This document shows positions 9,613-20,602 of a stretch of 64,000 nucleotides of DNA, piece by piece (the stretch's first letter is position 1; each line of letters opens with the position of its first letter). The stretch is taken from NCBI GenBank assembly GCA_963816185.1, contig CAWFJJ010000024.1, positions 6,635-70,634 on the forward strand, in the 5' to 3' direction. The stretch is from Thermoanaerobaculia bacterium (GTDB lineage Bacteria > Acidobacteriota > Thermoanaerobaculia > UBA5066). The notes under the pieces were generated by a model. That model saw only the letters and a program-made list of their open reading frames with translations. It was not told where the DNA came from and made no database searches. A program made the translations under genes and the position numbers.

Positions 9613-10870
9613 ATGCGTAAACACGCTCTCCAGATCTTTCGCGCGGCGCTGGATGCGGCCGATCCTTACGCGGCGGTTCTGCGGCATCTGAAATTTGACG
9701 GGCGCACGCTGATCGCGGGCCGCCGCCGGTACCGGATGGCCGATTTCGATCGCATTCAGGTGATCGGAGCGGGGAAAGCCAGCGCCGCGATGGCTCGCGC
9801 GGTGGAGCACGTTCTGGGGCGGTTCATCAAAGGCGGAATCGTCAATGTGCCCGACGGAACGGCACGCCAAGCTGCGGCGAATCGAGCTAAACCAGGCTGG
9901 CCATCCGATTCCGGATGAGCGCGGCCAGCAGGGAGCGCAGCGGATTCTCGAAATCGCGCGAGAAGCTGGGCCGCGGGATCTGCTCATTTGCGTGATCTCG
10001 GGCGGCGCGTCGGCGTTGATGCCCGCACCGTCTCCGCTGCTGACTCTGGCCGCCAAGCAGGAGATCACGCGCAAATTGCTGCAACGCGGGCGCGACGATC
10101 CACGAGCTCAATACAGTCCGCAAGCATCTGAGTCTGATCAAGGGCGGACAGCTCGCTGCCGCGGCATCTCCGGCGTGTGTGCTTAGCCTGATCCTCTCGG
10201 ATGTGATCGGGGACGATCTGGATGTGATCGGGTCAGGACCGACGGTCGGAGATTCGTCCACGGTGGCAGCAGGCGGAGTCCGTGCTGCGAAAGTTTGGTG
10301 TTTCCGTTCCCGCGGGCGTTCTTCTCGAAACGCCGAAAGCTACGCAGGCGCAGAACCTGATCTTTAATTGATCATCGGCAGCAACCGGCTGGCGATGGAT
10401 GCGGCGGCTGCGAAGGCCAAGGATCTGGGATATCGCACGCTGGTGCTCTCGAGTTCGGTGGACGGAGAGACGCGCGAGATCGCACGAATGCACGCGGCCA
10501 TCGTGAAGGAAATCCTGACGGCAGGGCGGCCCGTGCGTCGTCCGGCGTGTCTGCTTTCGGGCGGCGAGACGACGGTCACGGTGCGCGGCAAAGGGACTCG
10601 GCGGACGGAATCAGGAATTCGTTCTGGCGGCGGCGATCGCGCTGGAGGGTTTCGGTCCTGCGACGATTTTCAGCGCGGGCACCGATGGTCTGGATGGTCC
10701 CACGGATGCGGCGGGGGCGATCGCGGATGAAAGAACGCCGCTGGCGGACGCGCGCCGAATTCCTGGACAACAACGACTCGTATCACTTCTTCGAGAAGCT
10801 GGACGCGTTGGTCAAAACCGGTCCGACGGGAACCAACGTCATGGACGTGCGGATTCTGCTGGTTCCGTGA
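9613..10870 (+). CDS. Glycerate 2-kinase, MOFRL family (TtuD/GckA-like); about four frameshifts
   Basis: Segments [26 protein letters not shown]...[16 protein letters not shown], then [45 protein letters not shown], then [22 protein letters not shown], then a C-terminus [35 protein letters not shown] spread over four ORF fragments. Confidence 0.7.
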
Positions 10871-11015
10871 ATGGAGCAGGCGCCACGCCTGCACGGGCTA
10901 GCCGCGCTGGGTCGAAGTCGGACTTGAGGCCCGCCCGTCAGGGCTGGAGACCTACCACACGAGCTACTGCTCGACCGGCTGCGGCGGTTTAGCCGCAGCT
11001 GGCGACACACTATCG

Positions 11016-12372
11016 CTAGCCGAAGCCGACCGCACCAACACCTGGCCGTCGGTCGAAATATTCACGGACGGTCCGCCGTTGGAGCCGCGCAAGGTAGCGC
11101 CCCGGCGGCCCATCGGTTCCAGCTTCAGCGGCGCGCCGAACTCGTTTTCCACCGAACCGAGTCTGCTGGTGGCGGTCAGATCGAATTTGGCGGACAGCCG
11201 GCAGCGCCAGCTCGATGTGACCGGTGCGGCTGCGGACGTCCATTTTCGCCAGCGGGAGCAGGCCGGGCCGCAAGTCCACGTCGCCTCCGTTCAGATTGAT
11301 GTCGAGCGAATTGGTGAAATTCGCGAGGCTCACGTCCCACGACCGCGAAGACGTCATCCGCACCGGACCGGTCAGATCGGACGCGTTCAGATTACCCAGC
11401 GTGACGCGCATATCGGTCACCTTCTCGGCGGAAAACTCGGTATAGGGGGTGACGATCCGCAGCGGCTTGGCGAGATTGTGAAGCTGCGAGTTTCCGGTAA
11501 ACGTGCCGTTGATGGTGACCGGCCCGGCGATGTCCTGCAGGTCGATATCGGAACCGCGGCCCTTCAACTCCACCGATCCTTTGACTTTGGCCGCGCGCAG
11601 GATGTCGCTGCCGCGCACCTCCACCATCACGTCGCCCCCGATGTCTTCCAGGCGCACGCTGGCATTATCGGAGTTGACGTCGATGGAGCCATTGACGCCG
11701 CTGATATCGAAATCGCCCGAGCGGCCGTGCGCTTCAATGGTGGCTCCTTTGGGAACCACGATCTCCAGGTCGGCCGACATGCGGCGGTTGCCGCCGGAAA
11801 CCCGGTTCTGCCAGGTGCGAACGTGGATTTCGTTGGGATCTCCATCCACTTCGAGCGGCGCTTCCTGATTGGCGCGATCCGCGGAAGCCTGGTCCAGGCT
11901 GCGAATGGTGGAATGGCCGGTCACTTTCACGGTCTGGACATCGGCGCCGGTGATGCGGGCATTGCCGCGAAAACTCTCGAGGATCACGCGCGGGGCTTTG
12001 GTCGAGGGTTTCTCGGCGGCGACCGGGTAGTCGTAACTCTCGCCGAAGATATCCAGGCCTCCCAGTTCAATCCGGCTGCCCGGTCAGCCAGGGGGAGAAT
12101 CCACGTACGGCGTGCAGGCTCACGCCGAGAAAGCACAGGAAGATGACCAGCACCCATTCGCCGCTGCTGATGCCGTGCGAGGGAAGCGAACGGGAGGTGG
12201 CCGCCCAGAACAGGATCTCGATCAGCCGCAAGCCGCCCCACACGACCAGAAGCAGCGGCCAGTACCTGGCCAGATAGTCCAGCAGCTGCATCTCGGGAAA
12301 AACGTTGCGGGCCAGGAACAAAAGCCCGATGCCGATCAGCAACAGGGGCGCGACCAAGGAAGCTCGTCTCAT
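11016..12372 (-). CDS. LiaF-like envelope-stress-module protein: N-terminal LiaI-LiaF-type TM region fused to a C-terminal Toastrack (DUF4097) domain; one frameshift near 12000-12070
   Basis: N-terminus MRRASLVAPLLLIGIGLLFLARNV...YWPLLLVVWGGLRLIEIL is membrane-embedded (ORF 12067-12372). ORF 11016-11987 is a repetitive beta-strand domain (G.V.V...GSI.V..) typical of DUF4097. Confidence 0.55.
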
Positions 12373-12590
12373 AGGTTTCTGGCTCCCGGGTCGTTTGGAT
12401 TAAAGGGGGGCGGGGCGGCGTCTTTAGGTCCCAGATGTTCGGCCAGCTTGAACAGTCCGAACAGGATCAGCAGCACCGGCCAGGTGCGCGAGAAACTCAT
12501 CCGGTCGAGCTGATCGGCGGCCATCAGCAGCCCCAGCGCGACCAGCAGCACGGGTCCTCGAATCGCCACAAGAAAACTACCGCCGGTCAT
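12369..12590 (-). CDS. Small membrane protein, paralog of the LiaI-LiaF-TM region of neighbouring genes
   Basis: 73 aa, two TM helices; RTWPVLLILFGLFKLAEHL parallels RYWPLLLVVWGGLRLIEIL (11016-12372) and LKYWPVMLIALGLYMLYL (12587-13266). It overlaps both neighbours by 4 bp. Confidence 0.45.
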   Translation of the reverse strand: MTGGSFLVAIRGPVLLVALGLLMAADQLDRMSFSRTWPVLLILFGLFKLAEHLGPKDAAPPPFNPNDPGARNL

Positions 12591-13266
12591 TGATTCACCC
12601 CCGAGGAATTTCCGGTCATCCGCAGATACAGCATGTAGAGACCCAGCGCGATCAGCATCACCGGCCAGTACTTGAGCATGCGCCGGAGCTCGAAGAGTTC
12701 GAGATTGTTCAGCAGGAACACCACGCCCAGAGCGATCAGCAGAATGGGCGCTACCGGGAACCGCGATCCGCCGTGGCCCGGCACCAGGCTGGAGAATTCG
12801 TCCACCGGCTGGCCCATCTGGCGGAGCTTGGCGGTGTGGTACGCCTCAAACGCCATGTACGCCCAGAATCCCGGGATCAGCACTCCAAACAGCGGCTCGA
12901 ATCCGCCGACATCGTTGCTGCCGACAATCGTGAACAGCATCCCCAGGATGAAAACATGGATCAGGCCCTTGGCGTACTGGCCGTTATAGATCGCGCCGAC
13001 TCCCGGGATCAGCCCCAGGACAAAAGCGACTCCCGGAGACACGTCGGAGTGCGGAATCGGAGGCGGCTTGCGGAATAGCTGTATAAGGGCTGGCGTAAGG
13101 AGAATCGCTTGGCTGGGAAGATGGGTTCGGCAGGCACGTGCTCGGCGCAGTAGATGGTCCCGTGCGCGGTATGGACGCTGGCCGCATCGAGCGCTTTTCC
13201 GCAGGCCCGGCAATAGCCGACGATGGGGGTTTCGGGTGGAATCGAAGGAGGGGCTTCCGGGTTCAT
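12587..13266 (-). CDS. Zinc-ribbon membrane protein with C-terminal LiaI-LiaF-TM-like region; one frameshift
   Basis: N-terminus (ORF 13009-13266) holds the zinc ribbon YCRACGKALDAASVHTAHGTIYCAEH. It continues in ORF 12587-13321 with TM helices (GLIPGVGAIYNGQYAKGLIHVFILGMLF) and the C-terminal LRRMLKYWPVMLIALGLYML. Confidence 0.5.
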
Positions 13267-13865
13267 TTCGTTTCTCCTGCGGGACTGCGGGTGGCTGCGG
13301 TTGTGACGGCCGGCTGCTCATCGGCCCATTCCTTGAGCCGGGTTTGGATTTCGTAGACGACCTTCAGGCTGTCGTAATACTTCACGCCGCGGTTATACCA
13401 GCGGACCACGCGATCCTCCGCCGCGGTCCAGACTTTCACCGGATCGAGGTCGGCGGGCGTCAGTTGGCGCACATTCGTAAAGCGGCCGATCATGGCGAAG
13501 GACAGGACGGTCATCGCCATGCCCATGGCGAATCTCGGCTGCAGCACCGGCTCGCAGCACTCCTCCAAACAACCGGCCGAACAGGCGGCGAGCCAGCGAA
13601 GGCTTGATGATGGCGTGGCTGGGTCCCGCGGTCACCTCGAACAGGATGCGCGTGACCAGTTCGGCAGGCGCGTCGACTGCCGAGGCGCGCTCCATGAAGG
13701 CGACTGCTCCGGCGGAATCGCGAGCCAGTTCCGCGCAGGCCGCGCATCCGGCCAGGTGGGCTTCGAGGGCGGACTTCTCCTCAGCCTGGGCGCGAGCGTT
13801 CCGTCCACGTAGTCGGCCAGCAGGATTTCTACATCCCGCAGTTCACAACATTCCTTTAAAGGCAC
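13263..13865 (-). CDS. Anti-sigma factor (zf-HC2-type N-terminus, single TM); several frameshifts; start approximate
   Basis: LKECCELRDVEILLADYVDGTLAP follows directly after sigma region 4 inside ORF 13632-14624. The C-terminal part is in ORF 13263-13568 with TM helix PVLQPRFAMGMAMTVLSFAMIGRF. Confidence 0.45.
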
Positions 13866-14465
13866 TGAGCCCTTGTAATGCTTGAGGATCCGCCCCAGTT
13901 CGGCGCGGCCCCGATTCAATCTCGACTTCACTGTGCCTTCCGGCACATTCAGCACCTGAGCGATTTCCCGGTATTCCAGCTCTTCCAGATCGCGCAGGAT
14001 CACGGTTTCGCGCAAATCCGGCGAAAGCTTCTGCAGCGCGGCCTGCAGGACCTCGCTCGCTTCCCGCCCGGCCAGCAACCCTTCGGTCCGGCCCATGGAA
14101 GCGGTTTTTTCCTCCAGCATCGGCAACTGCTCTTCGATCGAGCTGCTGGCGCGCTCCAGCTTGCTACGACGGTAATGATCGATCAACAGATTACGCGTCA
14201 GCCGGGAAAGCCACACCGCAAACGAACCCTCGCCGGCCCGGAAGCTTTTGAGCGACCGGAACACGCGCAGGAAGACGTCCTGGGTGAGGTCCTGGGCTTC
14301 GTGATCCGAGCCGGTGAACCGGTAACAGATCGCGTACACACGCCGGGTATGGACTTTGACCAGGTCCTCCCAGGCGGCCTCCTCGCCGCCCAGGCAGCGC
14401 TCGACCAGTTGAGTGTCTGCGTCCAAGAGCCGTCCCAGGATCTCACGAGGCTCGCGAAATCCGAC
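13866..14465 (-). CDS. ECF-type RNA polymerase sigma-70 factor (group 4); start approximate
   Basis: Region 2: LVERCLGGEEAAWEDLVKVHTRRVYAICYRFTGSDHEAQDLTQDVFLRVFRSL. Region 4: LSPDLRETVILRDLEELEYREIAQVLNVPEGTVKSRLNRGRAEL. The track ORF runs on into the anti-sigma factor (stop lost or frameshift). Confidence 0.7.
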
Positions 14466-14565
14466 CCGATATCCGGCTCCAAAGCGATCCCTCTCCGGCG
14501 GCCGAGCGGCTGGGCGTGGTAACCTGTCGGACTGTAGCGATTGCCGCCATGGCGTTGCGTCGTGC

Positions 14566-14593
14566 GAACGAATCCTTGTGTCTCGATATGTTC
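14566..14593 (-). promoter_or_regulatory. Candidate ECF-type autoregulated promoter (GGAAC-N18-TCGTT) upstream of the sigma/anti-sigma operon
   Basis: On the minus strand GGAAC (14593-14589), an 18-nt spacer and TCGTT (14570-14566) sit ~90 nt upstream of the predicted sigma start, in the divergent region shared with the gene at 14746. Confidence 0.3.
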
Positions 14594-14745
14594 CCGGATA
14601 CCGTACTCGTTTATGAGGTTCCACATATGAGAACGAAATCCCCGCATGGAAAGTTCGCTCTACATTCTATCCACATGCGAGGGTATGGCGGGGCCGAGCA
14701 TGATCGAAGTCGATCCGGGACGTCCGAAGGGAGCAGCTGTAAGAG

Positions 14746-15795
14746 ATTGAAAAAGCAACACGTGGGCGCCGGGCTGGGAGTTCTCGCGATCCTCGCCGCC
14801 GTGCTGTTCGTGGTCTACCGCTGGCGCCATTCCGGTTTCGTCTGGGAGAAGTTCGCGGCCGTCTTCAGCGACGTCGACTGGAGCTGGCTGTCGCTGGCCC
14901 TGGCGCTGATCCTGGCGACCTACGTCGGCCGCGCCCTGCGCTGGGAGATCATGCTGCGGCCTTTGACCAAGGGGGTCCGCCTGTGGGGCCTGGTGGTGGC
15001 CACCTGCATCGGATTCACCGCAGTGGTGCTGTTTGGCCGCGCGGGCGAGCCGGTTCGCCCCTATCTCATCGCCCGGAAGGAGGGCGTGTCGTTCTCGAGC
15101 CAGGTGGCCGCCTGGCTGGTGGAGCGCATTCTGGACCTGCTGATGGTCCTGCTGATCTTCGGCATCGCCCTGACGCAGATATCGCGCAGCGGAATCCAGC
15201 CCGGGCCGCACATCCAATCGGCGCTGCAGGCCGCGGGCTGCTGGCGGGAATCACCGGGGCGCTATCCTTGGCCTTGCTGCTGGGGCTTCGGTACTTCCGC
15301 GGAAGCGTCCGGACCCGGCTGATGGATTCCCTATCGTTCCTGCCGGAAGCGCTGCATCAGAAAGTCGCCCGATTCCTGCATGCCTTCGAAGAAGGGATGC
15401 AATCCACGCCAGCGCCAGTCCTACGTCTGGCTGCTGGTGACTTACACGGTCATCGAGTGGCTGGTGATCGCGGGATGTTTTTTCTGCGTCTTCCGGGCGT
15501 TTCCGGCTACGGCGGGATGCGTATTACGGATGTAATCATCGCGTTAGGCTTTGTTGCCTTTGGGAGCGTCCTGCAGATACCGGGGGTGGGCGGCGGCATG
15601 CAGATCGCGACGGTTCTGGTGCTGACCGAGCTCTATGGGGTCAGCCTGGAGGAGGCCAGCGGAATCGCATTGGTGCTTTGGATCATCACATTCGTAGTGA
15701 TTGTGCCGCTGGGGCTGGTTCTGGCGTTCCATGAAGGAATCAAGTGGCGTAGTTTAAGACATATAGACTCGTCTTCCTCAGGCTACGAATTATGA
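14746..15795 (+). CDS. UPF0104 / lysylphosphatidylglycerol-synthase-TM-region family (flippase-like) integral membrane protein; one frameshift near 15200
   Basis: Multi-pass membrane protein GVLAILAAVLFVVYRW...LRWEIMLRP...FTAVVLFGRAGEPVRPYLIARKEGVSFSSQVAAWLVERILD. It continues in ORF 14983-15795 (IALGFVAFGSVLQIPGVGGGMQIATVLVLTELYGVSLEEASGIALVLW). The start is TTG 14746 or GTG 14761. Confidence 0.55.
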   Translation: MEKATRGRRAGSSRDPRRRAVRGLPLAPFRFRLGEVRGRLQRRRLELAVAGPGADPGDLRRPRPALGDHAAAFDQGGPPVGPGGGHLHRIHRSGAVWPRGRAGSPLSHRPEGGRVVLEPGGRLAGGAHSGPADGPADLRHRPDADIAQRNPARAAHPIGAAGRGLLAGITGALSLALLLGLRYFRGSVRTRLMDSLSFLPEALHQKVARFLHAFEEGMQSTPAPVLRLAAGDLHGHRVAGDRGMFFLRLPGVSGYGGMRITDVIIALGFVAFGSVLQIPGVGGGMQIATVLVLTELYGVSLEEASGIALVLWIITFVVIVPLGLVLAFHEGIKWRSLRHIDSSSSGYEL

Positions 15796-16310
15796 CTTGC
15801 CCGTTCTGCCGCCATCGCCAGGACCGGGTGATCGACTCCCGCGAGAGCAAAGAAGGCGACCTGATCCGCCGCCGTCGGGAGTGTCTGAAGTGCCTGCGCC
15901 GGTTCACCACCTACGAGCGCAGCGACGAGATTCCCTACATGGTGGTGAAGAGGGACGGCCGGCGGGAGCGCTTCGACCGCCAAAAGGTGCTGGAAGGGCT
16001 GCTAAGAGCTTGTGAGAAAAGGCCGGTACCCATCGCCAAGCTGGCGGAAGTGGTGGATGCCGTCGAGTCGGCGCTGGCCGAGAACCCGGAACGCGAGGTT
16101 TCGACGACAGCGATCGGGGAACTGGTGTTGGAGCGCCTGAAGAAGCTGGATAAGATCGCCTATGTGCGGTTTGCTTCGGTTTACAAGGACTTTCAGGACG
16201 CGGAATCCTTCCTGGTGGAGCTGAAGGACCTGTTCCAGGACGGAAATGAGCTCGTTGCGAGTCCTGGCAAGCCTGTAACCAAAAGCGATTTCAAGCATCT
16301 TTTGAAATAG
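15792..16310 (+). CDS. nrdR: Transcriptional repressor NrdR
   Basis: Intact 172 aa: MTCPFCRHRQDRVIDSRESKEGDLIRRRRECLKCLRRFTTYE (zinc ribbon) followed by the ATP-cone (YVRFASVYKDF). The start overlaps the upstream stop (ATGA). Confidence 0.9.
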   Translation: MTCPFCRHRQDRVIDSRESKEGDLIRRRRECLKCLRRFTTYERSDEIPYMVVKRDGRRERFDRQKVLEGLLRACEKRPVPIAKLAEVVDAVESALAENPEREVSTTAIGELVLERLKKLDKIAYVRFASVYKDFQDAESFLVELKDLFQDGNELVASPGKPVTKSDFKHLLK

Positions 16311-16427
16311 AGACTTAACTTAATTTCGGAAGACTGATATACTGGATGCGGCTTCGACGCCAAGGCAGGAATTGCATACACTACCGTTGGGTCTAGCTAA
16401 GTCTTTGGAAAACAAGGTGTTTATAGT

Positions 16428-17984
16428 TTGGCGCGGGTGAACCACGTGGATCATTTCGAAGACCAATTCCTAGGCGAGGGTCACGAGCCGCTCGGTGGAC
16501 TTCCTTTCGACGAGGAAGGCGGCTTTTTTCACCCTGAGGAGGTGCATGACGGCGAAGATTTCGCCCACGCGCATCCCGTCGAGGAATCGATTTACACCGA
16601 CGACCCGGTTCGCGTGTATCTGCGCGAAATGGGCGCCGTGCCCCTGCTGACTCGCGAGGGCGAAGTTAATCTGGCCCGCCGCATGGAGCGGGGCAAGCTG
16701 CGGATGCAGAAGGCTATTAGCCGCTCCGCGCTGGTCCAGTTGCGGGCCGTCGAAATCGCCGATCAGATCAAGCACGAGCCCGAGGAACTGGATACCTACG
16801 TGGATCTGGGGGATCTCGAGGAAGAGAGCCCCGCCTACAACAAGCGCCGCAACGAAGTTCGCGCGGACTTGGCCGAGCTGGCGGTTCTGCACAAGAAGCT
16901 GGGGCAGGTATCCGACAAGCTGGATTCGGTTCCGCTCAGCAACAAGAAGCTGCGCCGCAAGTGGATCGGCAAGATGAAGCGCGCCCGGGTGCAGGTTTCC
17001 CAGGCGATCCGGCATCTGCCCTACTACCTGTCGCAGTGGAAGGAATTCACCAAGGAAATCGAGAAGGTCGCGGAAGAGATGTCGCGCCTGGAAGCGGATC
17101 TGCGCAAGATCGAGGGACGTTCGAGCCAGACCGCGCAGACCAAGGCCCGGGAAATCCGGCGCGAAATCCGCAAGCGCGAGGAAATCGCCGGGGCGAACCT
17201 GGGCGACCTCAAGCACACGCTCTCCGTGATCCGCCACGGCGAAATCGAAGCCGAGCGGGCCAAGAAAGATCTGGTCGAGGCCAACCTCCGCCTGGTGGTT
17301 TCCGTCGCCAAGAAGTACGTCAACCGCGGTCTGCACTTGCTGGATCTGATCCAGGAAGGCAACATCGGCCTGATGCGCGCCGCCGACAAGTTCGAATACC
17401 GGCGCGGCTACAAGTTTTCGACCTACGCCACCTGGTGGATCCGGCAGGCCATTACGCGCGCCATCGCCGACCAGTCGCGCACCATTCGTATTCCCGTTCA
17501 CATGAACGAGAGCATGAACAAGTTCCTGCGCGCCACTCGCGAGCTGGAAAAAGAAATGGGCCGCGCGCCGTCGAACGACGAAATCAGCCGGCGCATGGAC
17601 ATTCCGGTGGAGAAGGTCCAGAAGCTGAAGACCATCTCGCGCGATCCGGTGTCGCTCGAAACTCCGGTCGGCCGCGACGGCGAATCCGCCCTGGGCGATC
17701 TGATCGAAGACCGCTGGGTGGGATCGCCGGTGGACGCCGTCATCGACACCAACGTTCGCGACGAGACCGCCAACATCCTCAAGACGCTTTCTCCCAAGGA
17801 GGAGAAGGTGATCCGGCTGCGCTTCGGCATCGGCTGCGAGCGCGAGCATACGCTCGAAGAGATCGGCCAGGAGTTCGACGTCACGCGCGAACGTATCCGG
17901 CAGATCGAAGCCAAGGCGCTGCGGCAACTGCGGTCGCCGGAGCGGGCTCGGCACCTGCGGGCTGCTGCTGGCCGCGCGCGATAA
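16428..17984 (+). CDS. rpoD: RNA polymerase primary sigma factor RpoD
   Basis: Intact 518 aa: [17 protein letters not shown], the rpoD box [71 protein letters not shown], and region 4 [27 protein letters not shown]. Confidence 0.9.
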   Translation: MARVNHVDHFEDQFLGEGHEPLGGLPFDEEGGFFHPEEVHDGEDFAHAHPVEESIYTDDPVRVYLREMGAVPLLTREGEVNLARRMERGKLRMQKAISRSALVQLRAVEIADQIKHEPEELDTYVDLGDLEEESPAYNKRRNEVRADLAELAVLHKKLGQVSDKLDSVPLSNKKLRRKWIGKMKRARVQVSQAIRHLPYYLSQWKEFTKEIEKVAEEMSRLEADLRKIEGRSSQTAQTKAREIRREIRKREEIAGANLGDLKHTLSVIRHGEIEAERAKKDLVEANLRLVVSVAKKYVNRGLHLLDLIQEGNIGLMRAADKFEYRRGYKFSTYATWWIRQAITRAIADQSRTIRIPVHMNESMNKFLRATRELEKEMGRAPSNDEISRRMDIPVEKVQKLKTISRDPVSLETPVGRDGESALGDLIEDRWVGSPVDAVIDTNVRDETANILKTLSPKEEKVIRLRFGIGCEREHTLEEIGQEFDVTRERIRQIEAKALRQLRSPERARHLRAAAGRAR

Positions 17985-17995
17985 CGCTTCCACAG

Positions 17996-19247
17996 TCAGT
18001 TCGCGACCCGCCAGGGCGAAAACTCCGTCCACGTCTTGAGCGACTTGTTGGCCCACTCCGCGGTCTCGCCGGTGTGACAGGACGTGCAGGAGTTGGGCAT
18101 CTTCAGGCGATCGGCTTCCAACGGGGCGATGAACTTGAACGTGTGGCTGCGCACGTTGGTGGTGGTGAATTCCTGCTCGATCTTCGGCATGTGGCAGTTC
18201 ACGCACTCGTTGCCCGGCGGATCCGGCGGGATGATGAGTGTGCTGCTCGATGCGTCGCCGGTGTGCGGGCCGTTCGGCGAATTCGGGCCGTGGCATTGCA
18301 GGCACAGCTCATTGGCTGGGCGGATCAGGTCGGCGTTGTTCTCCGTGCCGTGCACGTCATGGCAGGTGAAACAGGTGATGCCGCGGGTGTACATCAGGCT
18401 CTGGACGAAGTCATTGCCCTGCATGCGATTCTTATGTGCGGTTCCATCTGGGAAGTGAGTGAACGTCGTTTCGCCCAGCTTGTGATCTTCGAGCTTCCAG
18501 AAATCGCTTAGCTTCTTCGTCGCATCGTTCGTCACAGTGAAGCCGACCGGCCAGTCGTAGTATTTTCCCTGAATCGGATTCGCCAGCGGCTGGCCTTGGG
18601 AGTGGCATTGAATGCAGACGTCGACTCCGCGAGCGCCGAGGCGCGCCGGATTCACGATATTCGCGCGGGAAGGCCGGGCGACATGCAGGCTGCCCGGGCC
18701 GTGGCATTTTTCGCAGCCCACGTTCCATTCGGTGACGGTCTTGGTCTGGATGTTGTAGTTGACCGAGTGGCAGCCGTCGCACAGCGGGCCGGTGGGCCGC
18801 TGCATGTTGTCGGGAGGATAGTGAGCCGCCCACCAATCGGTGCCATTGGCGACCTGATATCGGCTCCAGCGTTGATTGGCCACGTCCCACTGCGCGGGCA
18901 AGGGAAAGTAATCGTCGCCGACCTTGGTGAAGTAGCGCTGCTTCCACTTGCTGCCGTAGACGAAGGCGATGGCGTCCTTGGTGAAGGTGACGATGGCCGG
19001 ATCGGCCTTGCTGAGATCGGGAATGATCGCGTCCGGATGCTCCTTGGGATCGCGCACGACGTTCGCCATGCGGGTCTTCGTCCAGCGCTCGTAGGTCGAG
19101 GCGTGGCAGGTCTTGCAGGCGGCCGATCCGGTGTAGGTGGCCGTCTGCGCGGAGAGCGCCCCGGCGAATGCCGAATGCGAGAAAACCAATCACTCCGAGT
19201 GAGCGCCAGGATCTGGCGAGTTCTCTTGGAAATAGCATTTTGGACAT
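17996..19247 (-). CDS. Octaheme c-type cytochrome (8 CxxCH), periplasmic; frameshift inside the signal peptide
   Basis: Heme motifs CKTCH, CDGCH, CEKCH, CIQCH, CFTCH, CLQCH, CVNCH, CTSCH. ATG 19247 (MSKMLFPRELARSWRSLGVIGFLAFG) joins the main frame at TTG 19189. Confidence 0.7.
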
Positions 19248-19449
19248 ACCCCGTTAGAGATAAGTATGGCAGGAATGAGGCATGAAGAAATACGTTCGTG
19301 CGGTTCTGGACGACCTGAAATCGAAAGCCGGGAAGAAGCAAAATCCGGTGGTGCCGCAGGATCTGAACAACCAGACTCTGTCCAAGGATCCGCAGCAAAA
19401 GGTCCGGCAACTCGACTATCAGGCGCAGAAGGACGAGGAGCGGAGACGC

Positions 19450-20589
19450 TTTCCTAGAATACCGGCGTTCCCGGCCTAGCAGCACGGCGCGGCGGGCGCC
19501 GGTGGCCGAAGGCAGGTTGCCGGGCCGGCTCATGACGAACTCGTGGGCGAGCAGGGCGAAGGCGATGGCTTCTTTGGCGTCCGGGTCGATACCGTGGTCG
19601 GCGCTGGTCGACACGTTGAAACCCGGCAGAAGCTCGCGCAGGCGGCGCATGAGCCAGCGATTGTGAACGCCGCCGCCGGAGGCGATGACTTCGCGCGCGT
19701 CACCTGCATCAGAACCGGAATACGCGTGATCGCCGAAGCGACGGAGCGCGCCGTGAACTCGGTGGCCGTGGCGATCAGAACGTCCAGCGCGAAGGCCGGT
19801 CGCGGCCAGGCCGCTGGCGAACTCCTGGCCGAACTGTTCGCGGCCGGTGGTCTTGGGCGGACGAAGCTTGAAATAGGGATCGGCCAGCATCGACGCGAGC
19901 ATGCGATCGTGGACTTTGGCGCGGCGTGCGATGCGGCCGTCGCGGTCGTAAGTCTGGCGGCCTTCGGTCATGCGGGAAACCAGCGCGTCGATCACCATGT
20001 TGCCGGGGCCCGTGTCGAACGCCAGGACGTCGTCGCGCGTGGCGCCGCCCGGAATCACGGTGATGTTGGCGATGCCGCCGAGGTTCAGCGCGACGCGGCC
20101 GATGCGGCGATGGCGGAACAACAGGTAATCGGCAAGCGGCACCAGGGGAGCGCCATGCCCGCCGGCGGCGATATCGCGCTCGCGGAAATTGGAGATGGTC
20201 CACAGGCCGGTGCGCTCGGCCACGACCGAGGCGTCGCCGATCTGGAACGTGCTGGCGACGCGGCGGCCGAGATAGTTCACCGGCGCGCCTTCGTGAAAAA
20301 TGGTCTGGCCGTGCAGGCCGCACAGCGAAATCGAGTGCAGGGGAACGCGCCGGCGGCGGCAGGTTTCGCGAACGGCTTCGGCGTAAAGCTCGCCCAGCAG
20401 GAAGTGCAGACGCGCGATGGCCGAGGTGTGGGTCATGGTGTTGGACACGCCCAGGATGGCCTCGCGCACGTTCTTGGGGTAGGGAACCGTGTGGAAGGCG
20501 ACCGGCTCGATCTTCTTGCCGCGGATATCGACGATGGCGACGTCGATCCCGTCGAGCGAGGTGCCGCTCATGATGCCGGCGACTCGCAT
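19450..20589 (-). CDS. anmK: Anhydro-N-acetylmuramic acid kinase
   Basis: ATG at 20589: MRVAGIMSGTSLDGIDVAIVDI...GHGAPLVPLADYLLF...AIAFALLAHEFVMSRPGNLPSATGARRAVLLG. The 3' end is approximate. Confidence 0.75.
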
Positions 20590-20602
20590 CAATTCTTTAG
20601 TT

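Noticed and set aside
11079-12146. 355-aa plus-strand ORF
   Set aside because: Antisense of the Toastrack gene.
16470-18305. 611-aa minus-strand ORF
   Set aside because: Antisense of rpoD; the R/G-rich composition has no domain signature.
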